From the NCBI GenBank assembly GCA_030141605.1, contig JAQGDQ010002376.1, positions 44,422-108,421 of the forward strand: a stretch of DNA of 64,000 nucleotides. The letters are read 5' to 3'. Source of the DNA: Tubiluchus corallicola. Taxonomy: Eukaryota > Animalia > Priapulida. Below the pieces are notes generated by a model, which worked only from the letters and a program-made list of their open reading frames with translations, had not been told where the DNA came from and ran no database searches. Both the position numbers and the translations under genes were made by a program. Positions 1-64,000 of this stretch are shown in pieces; position 1 is the stretch's first letter; each line of letters starts with the position of its first letter.

Positions 1-183
1 GATTTGATTTGATTTAACTCTTTATTTCGAACCAAGTTCATAGAATACATAACATACAATAATTACAAGACATACAATAATTATAACACCTCCTCTCAAC
101 ACCTGCAAATTAATACATAAATAAATAAAGTAACAGTACAATCTATATATATATATACAATATCATGCGTCCAGCCTGAGTCG

Positions 184-2199
184 TCACTCATAATTTCTAC
201 CTAACACTTTCCTCCACTGGTCTCTTATGTCTGAAGTGTAAAATGCTTCACTGTTATTCAATGCGTTTATGAGAAGATTTGAGCTTTGCATTACTCTAAT
301 GTATAGACTGTATGCAGTTTTCCTATGTACTACATCAAAGTATAAAACATCGTGGTCTACTGAAATGGTCCTAGAACTATAATCATATGGGTAGTTGAAA
401 AGTTTGCGTTTTGAAATATTGTGAGCTACTTTAAGTTTGCTGAGACTGTAGTTATAAAAATGTCGCCAGGTGGCCATACCGTAGAAAGAATTACAATAAG
501 AGTTGAACAGACGAGTTTTGACATTAGGTGAACAATGATGAAATTTTCTAAGAATACGGTTCGCTCTAGTGCAAAACAGACTTCGTTGTCTGATAACATC
601 CATGTCATCTTTGTTATCACTGGTGATGATATGGCCAAGATACTTTTCTGTTTCACACGGTATAATTATTTTACCGGCTACCTCAGGTGAACTGAAATTG
701 AACCCACACATACTGGGGGGTGTAATTGTTATGAGTTTAGCCTTGTCGACGTTTATTACTATGTCATGACTATTTGCGTAATCAACATACATATCAACTA
801 AAGTTTGTAAAGCAGTGGTAGTGGATGCTAGTAAACATCCATCATCAGCAAACATAAGGTGATTTATATAAGTACCACCTATCTGACAACCTAGACCGGT
901 AGATCTGAGGTCAGAACTCAAGTCTCTGAAATATAAATTAAATAGTATGGGTGACATTTTTGCACCCTGCCGAACACCATTTGCGACTTTAAATGTGCAA
1001 GAGCAAAAATTTCCCCACCTCACAAACATGGTTTGTCGAGAGTAGTAAAAGGCTAATAATCTTATAATAATGTTAGGCATATCAGTATCGACCAGTTTTA
1101 GAAACATTTTGTAGTAATTTACCCGGTCAAAAGCTTTAGATGCATCTAAGAACAATATGTGTACTGGACTCTGGCGTTGAATGTAATAGTCAATAACTTC
1201 TTTCATGGTATACAAACACATTTCGGTACCCAGTTCATTCACGTAACCAAACTGATTTGGTGTTGATTGAATTGAGTTACCGTATCTGCTTAAAAACAAA
1301 ATTTCTAATAATTTGTTCAACACTGTGGATAGTGCTATTGGCCTATAATTATTTTTGGCTGTGATTTCCTTATTTTTGTCTTTCACAATCGGTACAATGA
1401 CAGACAGCATTAGAGAATCAGGCAAAAAACAATGTATGACACAAGCGCTTAATAAAAGTGATAATTCTATTGGCAGCATATGTGAAGCAAACCTAAAATG
1501 CTCCGATTTAATTGCATCATTTCCAGCCGATTTGTGCAGAGATAGTTTTGAAATGGCCTCTTGCACTTCTCTCACAGTGAAAGAACTCACAATACCCATA
1601 TTACTACTTAACTTCAAGTCTAATTTTGCTGCAACGTCACCGTTATTTGCAGAATTTAAAATCTTTTTATAGTGCTTCCCCCACATATCACATATAGCCT
1701 TATCGCCTGAAATTTCGTCTATTTTAGGGGGTAAAGGAATTCTTGAGTTAGTTTCCCTTTTTATCATGGCCCAAAATTCATAAGAATTACAGTTCATAAA
1801 CTTATGAGCAATTTTATCTGCGACAATTGTTTTCTCTTGGATCTTGCATTCACGTAATGCAAGCTTAAAACGTGAACGTGCCTGGCGCATTTCATCAGCA
1901 ATGAGCCCATTCCGAGGCTTGCCATTCGCACACCAATTTAAAAAACAGTGACGAAAGTGTCTGTGTTTTTCAGAAACGAATTCGTTCCAGCCAGGTATTA
2001 TTTTATCCTTTATACGTTCATGATTTTGTGACGGCTTATAACTAGGCAGCGTATTCTCAGCCGCAGAATTTAGCGCAGATATAATTGCGTCATGCATCAA
2101 AGCAAGTTGTTGTCTATGATTGGGGTTCTGACAGTGAATGTCACCACAATAAATTGCGTCGTACGGGACAACGATTCCAGATAGCAAAGACTGTGTCAT
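184..2199 (-). pseudogene. LINE ORF2 reverse transcriptase portion
   Basis: RT motifs NYRPIAL, QFGY, FLDASKAFDRV, GVRQGAKMSPILFNLY, HLMFADD, KYLG; separated from the endonuclease by a frameshift and an in-frame TAG (VD*EKA) near 2240. Confidence 0.9.
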
Positions 2200-4292
2200 T
2201 GTTTGGTATTCGAGGAGATGATTACTTTCAGCTTTCTCCTAGTCAACCATAAAAAAGGCACTATTGGTTTACAAGGTGTGTCCGAATCACACGACACTTG
2301 GCCATTCAAAACGTCATTTACAGTGACTGTAGCCGCACCATTAGGTGATAAAGCCATTCGATCTATATGCACGTTTAGTAGTAAGGGCATGTGATCTGAA
2401 CTTGTTAGCTCATAATTTACACAGATATCTCCAATTAAAGAGTCCATAGCCATAGTACTAATTACATATTCAAGCCATGTAGTTGAGTTGTGGGCTACAC
2501 TAACGAACGTAAATGAAGAACTTGGCATTTTCGCTACATCAGATATAATATAGTCATTAGCATTACACGTTTCACTTAGCTCCGCGTAAAACCTTTTTTG
2601 AGGATGGGAATTGAAGTCCCCGACACAACAAACATAGCTAGACTCTGTAGTTTCAATAATAGAGGTGAGAGTGCCTAGACAATGATTAAACTCATCAAAA
2701 TTATTATCAGCTTCATAGGGAAAGTAAACATTAATTAATACAAGTGGCATTAACTTATCAGGAAATGAAAGAGAAATACCCATTACTCTGCATTCGTCAT
2801 CATAGGTAAGTATTTTACTGGTAACAGGAAGAGTTTTTCGCCATAAGATAGCCAAGCCTCCTTGTGGTCTACCATCTGGTATTCCTGTAGAGAAATCGGT
2901 TGGTGAAACTCCATGTCCATAGAATTCTGGGTGAATGCAAGATAGGTGTTCTAGCTCTTGTTTAGGCAACATCGTTTCTTGCAAAAGTAGCACATCAATA
3001 GATTTGCGCAGTTCCTGTAGTACGTATTGAGACTCAGGGTGCAACACTGAATTGCAGTAATAGCTCGCTACCTTCAAGTCTGTGTTTGTGTTTGGTTGCA
3101 GTTCATTATTATTAGTATGATTAGTGGTGCTGCTGGTGGCGCCGCCACATTCCGTTTGCTGATCAAGTGTATCATTCCCTGCTTCTCTATTACCTACTGG
3201 TCTATAGCCGTCGTTTGATAATACCTTTGCTTTCTGCGTTAAAGGCTGATTCACAGTCAGTTTTGCAGCTCTAGAAGTATAGAATGGCTTCATCAGCGTG
3301 CCAACTGGCCATAACTCTGCGTTCATAATTTTATCATACTCGTCCGTACCATGACAGCTTATAACAAATGAGGAGTATGTATTAAATTTTGTCTTAAGTT
3401 GTTCCACATTAACTGTAATGTTGCACGATTCATCTACAAAACGCTGAACCTCCGTTGCGTCGGTACTAGGATCTAGACGGGTAATGAATATTCGTCGTAG
3501 TGGTTTGCTCGGTCTTAGGAATACTCCAAGGCCAGTAGCAGATCCTGTGATGACTTTCTTGGATTCTCTATTATTCACATTACGTGGGCGCCGCCGTTTT
3601 TTCACAATCGTGAATCCGTCATTGTCGTCATCAACAATCTTGTCGCTCGTTTGCTGCTTGCTCACGTTTGTAAGTTCCGTGTTCACTAGGCAGCTTCTGG
3701 TTGTTTCAGAGTAACTTTTCTTTTGTGATGAGTCTGTTTTTGAAGACACGGGAGGCACAGCTTTGGACAGATGTACTTTTAGCAGAGCATCAATCTCAGC
3801 CCTAGAAACAGAGTTTTCTTTCAGTTCTTGGAGTTCCTGTTGAACTGTTTGCAATTTCTTAACAATGACAGATGTATCAACTGATTTCAGTGTCATTGGT
3901 GGCATTTTATGGGAGTATGCTGACACAAACCTAGGTGACGGTACTGCGTCCATAATTGACCCATATTGTAAAAGCTTAAGAATGTCCATTGCATTTGCCC
4001 TTCTCTTCGAGGGACCGATCCTGTTTTTAGTGAAGTCAGGCTTTTCGGTGGCTTCTGCAGGAATAAAGTCTAAGAGTAATGCTTTTGCATCTTCACATTC
4101 TTCATCAGTGTAATGGTCATGGATGATAGTTGCAAGATCTAAATAAGTCGCACCAGCTTCAAGCTGATTTTGGGCAAAATAATTTAATTCGCTGTGTATG
4201 AGCACCAGCTTCTTGACAGGATCTGATGTTAGGAGTTGCGTGCCAATTGACCGATCCTCCCTGGAATGATGATAATTCATGTATAGAGTCAC
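2196..4292 (-). pseudogene. LINE ORF1 (coiled coil + RRM-like) in frame with APE endonuclease
   Basis: ORF1-type RRM IFITRL...YSSFVI...LWPVG; APE motifs LLQET, GGLAILW, NVYFP, GDFN, SDHMP. Confidence 0.85.
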
Positions 4293-4416
4293 TATCGTCT
4301 AGAGCTACTTTCCTGGACGTACAGCACTTTGTACAGATAGTAAGCTGCCCAAACTCTGTATGTGGTATAGCATCCGGGTATTTCCTCCTGCATAACTGAC
4401 ACGTGGATGGAGCCAT
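4159..4416 (-). other. Cys-rich (CxxC...CxxC) N-terminal piece of LINE ORF1 or an upstream ORF
   Basis: MAPSTCQLC...ICTKCC; ATG start; overlaps the ORF1 frame out of phase. Confidence 0.5.
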
Positions 4417-4732
4417 AGTGCTGCTTAATCACCCAATTGTCATGACAATACGTAGGTGATTACCAGTCAATAATGCTTTAAATTTCCAAGGCCAACCTGT
4501 CATACAAGTTCTTGGCCCAACGTATGTTAACAATATTTTCACAAATATGGTTTTCCGCTAATATTCACACTAGTATTAATCAATCTCCAAAAATATTATT
4601 ATAATCACATTCCTTGTCTCTTTATACACACGATGGTATAAGTCATTATGAGAAAACTTCAAAATTTGCACATAAAAAGTTAGAAAATGCGAGCACTTTA
4701 CTGAGACATCCAACTTGCGCAATAACCTGCGC

Positions 4733-4876
<144 letters not shown>

Positions 4877-5570
4877 ACATGATGGCGGGACATCAATACA
4901 CTGAACAGACTTTCAAGCATCAATTTCATTGTTTTTCTTGTATTAAATTATAAACGTGTTTTGAACTCTGACTAATCGAAGAGATAGTGTCGAAACTAGT
5001 CTCTTTGTATAACATATTCTTAGTATATATTTTAAGTAATAGTCATGGACACGAGAATGCCAAAGGGTCATTTAATTTCCTGTCCCTACATGCGAATGGT
5101 AAATTAATTTCAATAAAAATAGGTCCTAAATCAAATAGCAACTATTATCTACTAGCATCTGGCCTACGTTTCAACAGTTGAATAGCTGAAAGCTTAATCA
5201 CTGACGTTAGTTACATTTCATTTCATTATTAGTTTGTTTATTAGAGGAAAACACTATTACAATTATGGACATATAACATCGTAAGTACAACTACACAATA
5301 GTAAACAAAATGGCTAAAATTACTAACAATTTCTTATCAAGGGAGCAATTCATATCTGAACAATTAATATGCAACTGCTTGCAGCTAAGCTAAAACAGGG
5401 ATAGACTGAGTGGCGTCAAACATAGTACATGTATACAATATAGGTAGAATGGTCAAGGTCAAGTCCACCTAATATGTATTTAAGAGATACGTTTTCATCA
5501 TCTTCTTAAATCTAGGTAGCCGTGATACTGTTTTAATATTACAAGAAATAGAATTCCAAACTTCCATATA

Positions 5571-5862
5571 TGAGTTTCATTCATTACATCATTCCATTTT
5601 AAGCACTAATGTTTTTTATCACGATTCACTTTAAATTTTCAGATTACCTTTTCTCTATCACTGTGTGGGACAATCTAACAAGCCCTGCTTTTTGATTGCC
5701 CGCAACACATTTACCTTCGTGTATAAGTGAACAGTGTTTGAGGCTTTTTCTGTGCAGTATTTCTTATTTGTATTATATCCATTGTAGGCCCTTTCACTAG
5801 ATATTGTATATGTAACCATTGTAAATGTGTAAGGTGAAATAAATGACTTTCATGTGACTTAT
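5571..5862 (+). mobile_element. 3' tail fragment of another LINE
   Basis: Interrupts the preceding peptide; contains the ACAAGCCCTGCTTTTT stem-loop-type tail motif and AATAAA; boundaries approximate. Confidence 0.45.
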
Positions 5863-6022
5863 GACCACTGGTTCCATTTGGACCTACAAAAGACACAAAA
5901 TGTTTAGCAACGTTAGTTCTGCAATATTTAATATAATATTCGTTATACCTAGTGTTATGGTGTATGATATTTTTGTTTATGAGATTTATGAAAAATTGCG
6001 GAAACAAATTAAACTGGATTTT

Positions 6023-6356
6023 TGTTGTGGAGATTCTATAGTATAGTAGACCAATCTTTTTACCTTGTAGAAGATTCGAGAACTTTCTATTCGCGATGCG
6101 CGTAGTAGTTCCTAGATTGTTCTGGTTTAGTCCATGTGCACTGATATACAAGGCGGAGCTGGCCGCGAAAGTTTATTCTCGTATTCTCAGATTAATTTCA
6201 GATTCTCAGATTATCGTATACTATTTTTTTATCACTTGACTGTGTATATTTCGCGTTCCTTTTGTGTTGTGAAATTCTCACACACTTAACCTGTTCAATT
6301 TGACAACGTGTTTTCTTGTTTTATCTACGAGCCTTTCGAGAGAAAGAAACACAACA
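6023..6356 (+). repeat. 5' LTR
   Basis: TGTTGTGG...ACACAACA; direct repeat of 8454-8794 with roughly two dozen substitutions and a 7-nt indel. Confidence 0.93.
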
Positions 6357-6361
6357 AATTT

Positions 6362-6380
6362 TGGCGCAGTCGTCAGGATC
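6362..6380 (+). promoter_or_regulatory. Primer binding site (probably tRNA-Ser)
   Basis: TGGCGCAGTCGTCAGGATC just downstream of the 5' LTR; resembles the complement of tRNA-Ser 3' ends. Confidence 0.7.
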
Positions 6381-6418
6381 CTTGGTGACTCAGTGGACAG
6401 TTGTTTATCTTAGCAATG

Positions 6419-8190
6419 ATGGCGGAGCAGATTGTCGACTTTATGAAGGACAGATGAATCAGCAGGCGCAGCAGATTCATATCCAGAGGGAACAGATGTA
6501 TCAGCAGGCACAGCAACACAAAGAAGATATGGACGCTATGAAGATATGGCAGAGCCTCTTTGCCGCTTGACCAAGAAGTCAGTTCCCTGGAAGAGGGGAG
6601 ATGAGGAGCAAGCAGCATTTGAATTGTTGAAGAATGTGCTATCCCGAGATCAAGTCCTGGTGCATTTTGACCCTGACAAGCCTGTGGGATTGGCTTGTGA
6701 TGCATCCAACATTGGAATTGGAGCTGTCCTGTTTCATCGCTATCCAGACGGTAGCGAGCGCACAATTGCCAATCTGTCCAAGACTCTCACAGCAACAGAA
6801 AGGAACTACAGCCAAATCCACAAAGAAGCCCTAGCCATCACCTTTGGCTTGCGGAAATTCTACCAGTACCTCTACGGGCATCATTTCATACTGGTGACTA
6901 ATCATAAGCCACTGACATCACTCTTTGGACCGAAGAAAGGGACGCCACGTCTTGCAGCTAATCATCTAGCTCGGTGAGCCCTGTGGCTGAACCAGTTTGA
7001 GTACACCATTGAATACCGGAAAACAGCAGATCACGGCAATGCAGATGCCCTTAGTCGCTTGCCATCTGGAGACGACAACGACTTCGACAGGAAGAAAAAT
7101 GGTGCAGACAAGGACATGGTGTGTGCCATCAAAGTTCTCAGTCTTCAAGTCAAGCCTGTGGACGCCAAAATCCTCTGGCAAGAGTCAGAGAAAGACCCAG
7201 TGCTATCTACAGTCAAGCGCGATGTCCGAGAATGGTGGCCGCCCAAGCACGCTGAGATCAACGAAGAAGTCGAAAAGTTCTGGATACTCACTCAGTATCT
7301 GCCACGGATGCCTCATTCATGGATCAAGAGTTGTGATTCCACAGAGCGTGCAATCCAAGATCCTGGATCTACTGCATATCGGGCACTTCGGCATGGAACG
7401 CATGAAGCAGTTAGCAAGAACTGCTGTCTACTGGCCTGGTATCGATGCAGCTATCGAGAACATCAAAACAAGCCATCCAAGCCTGCAGATCACCCACGGA
7501 TGCTACCAGAGAAGCCATGGAGCCGCTTACACCTGGACCATGCCATTAACTTCATAGGTATGAACTGGCTGGTGATCACTGATGCTTACTCAAAGTATGC
7601 ATGCATTCACCATAAGTCTTCCATGTCCACTAGAGCCACTCTAGATCTGCTGGAAGAGGACTTTGTTCACTTCAGATTCCCTCACACGTTGGTTACAGAC
7701 AATGCATCAACCTTCATGTCTGAAGAGTTCCATGCAAAGAATGTGGGATCACACATCTCACAGGAGCATCATACCATCCAGCTACCAAGGGAGCAGCAAA
7801 ATGCTTGGTGTAGACGTTCAAGCAAGCACTCAGGAAGTCTTCTCTGCCCCCAAAGCGAGCTCTTCAAGAGTTCCTGATGCAGTACCAGAGAACACCGACA
7901 TCCTGTGGATTCTCTCCGAGTGAACTCTTGATGTTTGAGCAGATACAGAAAACGATCGACTCTCTGCTACCCTCGCCAGCGCACAACCTCAGGGTAAGCA
8001 ATCCAGGCAGTCATCTCGGTCAACTCCAGACTCGGGAGGTGTCGCCAAGGTCACCAAGCAGTACAAGTCTGGGGAGCCTGTCTATGCACTGTACTATAGA
8101 CCTCGTTGAGACAGACATCCCCAATGGTACCAGCGGTCATCAAGAAGTCTCTGGGTACTCACTGCTTCAACGTCAAGGTCCTTCCTCATA
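6419..8190 (+). pseudogene. gag stub fused to RNase H-integrase remnant of the LTR element
   Basis: LACDASNIGIGAVL, YSQIHKEALAI, TNHKPL, R*AL (TGG>TGA), HIGHFGMERMKQLAR..YWPG, PWSRLHLDHA, LVTDNA; several frameshifts. Confidence 0.88.
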
Positions 8191-8443
8191 GTTCAGTATG
8201 GAGATGACGCTGGAAACAGCTACGCTTCTGTGGAGGACTTTGAATCTGATGATGAGAGGGATTTTTCTTTTGAGCTTCCACCTGATCATCCAATGGAGAT
8301 CCTGGAAGAACTGTCAGAAACTCTGAAGCAGACCGGCTCTGCCTGTGCCAGAGTATGGACCGGACAACCCTAGACGATCTAAGAGAACACCCAAGCCGAG
8401 AGAGAGACTTTGTTGCTGATGCTTTAGAGGTAGCATTAGTTTC

Positions 8444-8453
8444 GGTGGGGAGG
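8444..8453 (+). promoter_or_regulatory. Polypurine tract
   Basis: GGTGGGGAGG immediately before the 3' LTR. Confidence 0.75.
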
Positions 8454-8794
8454 CGTTGTGGAGACTCTGCTGTATAGTAGAACAATCTTCTTACCTTGTA
8501 GAAGATTCGAGAACTTTCTATACGCGATGCGTGTAGTAGTTTCTAGATTGTTCTGGTTTAGTCCATGTGCACTGATATACAAGGCGGAGCTGGCCGCTCA
8601 ACTTTATTCTCGTATTCTCAGATTAATGTCAGATTCTCAGATTATCGTATGCTATTTTCTTATCACTTGACTGTGTATATTTCACGTTCCTTCATACTTT
8701 TGTGTTGTGGAATTCTCACACAATAAACATGTTCAATTTGACAACGTGTTTTCTTGTTTTCTCTTCGAGCCTTCCGAGAGAAAGAAACACAACA
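8454..8794 (+). repeat. 3' LTR
   Basis: CGTTGTGG...ACACAACA copy of the 5' LTR. Confidence 0.93.
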
Positions 8795-9462
8795 GTTTTG
8801 TACATGAATACAGCAATATTGTACTTAATGAGATCATGAATTATTAATTGCAAGAATTTATAGTGTAAGTTACCCGCTTTGCACATCTTAAGTGTAATGC
8901 GAAAACACCTCATTTTCTAGATTTTTTACAAAAATTATAATCGTTTCATTTTAAAAAGACGATACTACTTTATAAGAAAGTTATTATAGACCCTAATACG
9001 ATTGCATTTTGAGCTGAGAAAATACTGTGGTTGCTTTAATTGTTGACTAATATCAGAAAACACCACTGGTGTTTTTGAATACCTATAATTTTTGTACTCT
9101 TTCATATGAAGTCAGTAAAAACTAAAGCTATCTGATTAATTGGACCTTCATTTGACAACATAATTACACAACGAACATTTTCTTGAACATTTTTAAATAG
9201 CAAATATTATAAAATAAAACACATAAGCTGGATGTCAATGTATTTTTTATATTGTCTTTAAATTGACTGGGACTCAGGTTGTGGCATGTAGCATATCTGA
9301 GATTGAGCAAGTTCCTATCTGACATTGCATCTCTACTGATTGCTGAGGATTAAAATTCGTATAAAAATGATTTGGGTTCATTTCAACTGATGGTTTGAAT
9401 GTTGGCAGGTAATTCTGACTCTAGTTTGATAAAACAAAAGTAAAAATGGATTTTTTTTACAG

Positions 9463-63745
<54,283 letters not shown>

Positions 63746-64000
63746 GTAGGAATTTGTACGTATGTACTATATGTACATGTAAAATGCACACAAGTATGGC
63801 AAGTTAGTAAAACTGATAAGTTATTCGAATCACAGAATTTTAAAAGCTGCTGCCAATTTAAAACTTTAGCTAATTATGTGTTTTAATATTTTCTGTGTGT
63901 GTACTTGTGACTTGACACAGTGATTTTTAAATATATGCCACGGTTTACAACTTTATACAGTAAACTACGAGTAACTTGAATTCTTGCGTATCTCAAACAG

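Larger units (their letters stand above)
1..4560 (-). mobile_element. Non-LTR retrotransposon (APE-RT LINE, RTE-X/CR1-group-like; clade uncertain), near full length, disabled
   Basis: ORF1-like region, APE endonuclease and RT on the minus strand; 3' AATAAA (plus TTTATT 21-26) followed by an (AAATC)n tail at 1-15; 5' boundary approximate. Confidence 0.9.
6023..8794 (+). mobile_element. Ty3/Gypsy LTR retrotransposon (Mag/K02A2.6-like), internally deleted, non-autonomous
   Basis: Two LTRs, PBS, PPT, 5-bp TSD ATTTT/GTTTT, RNase H and integrase remnants. Confidence 0.93.
5215..9250 (-). mobile_element. Old LINE 3' remnant (RT C-terminus + tail), split by two later insertions
   Basis: Minus-strand peptide IHDLIKYNIAVFMYK (8800s) continues after the LTR element as IQFNLFP..HHNTR..CRTN..SFVGP (5870-6020) and then WNSISCNIK..RFKKMMKTYLL* (5470-5570); AATAAA and TGAAA repeats at about 5215-5245. 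Confidence 0.7.

Noticed and set aside
426-4113. Short overlapping or antisense ORFs inside the LINE
   Set aside because: Shadow frames of the retroelement coding sequence

Overview
AT-rich animal (invertebrate-like) genomic DNA. It is dominated by one large spliced + strand gene, truncated at both window edges, encoding a sucrase-isomaltase/maltase-glucoamylase-type GH31 alpha-glucosidase. Two complete catalytic units are joined in frame through a 4-Cys trefoil (exons traced by hand from 9463 to 63745, all GT-AG). The introns are full of mobile DNA: a near full-length but broken APE-RT LINE (1-4.5 kb), a deleted Gypsy LTR element nested in an older LINE, an Academ-like DNA transposon, Tc1/pogo, hAT, Harbinger-like and Helentron-like MITEs, SINEs and several minisatellites. 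One 6.8 kb intron hosts two intronless antisense class A GPCR genes. Highlights: (1) a tandemly duplicated, phase-incompatible (mutually exclusive) exon pair that is conserved except in the loop carrying the substrate-binding Asp (KD vs KN); (2) four adjacent introns missing, plus a 6-nt intron shift, in unit 1 relative to unit 2; (3) inverted copies of one MITE in the paralogous introns of the two units, bracketing exactly one repeat unit in phase 0; (4) the nested GPCR pair. All calls are by eye; no searches were run.
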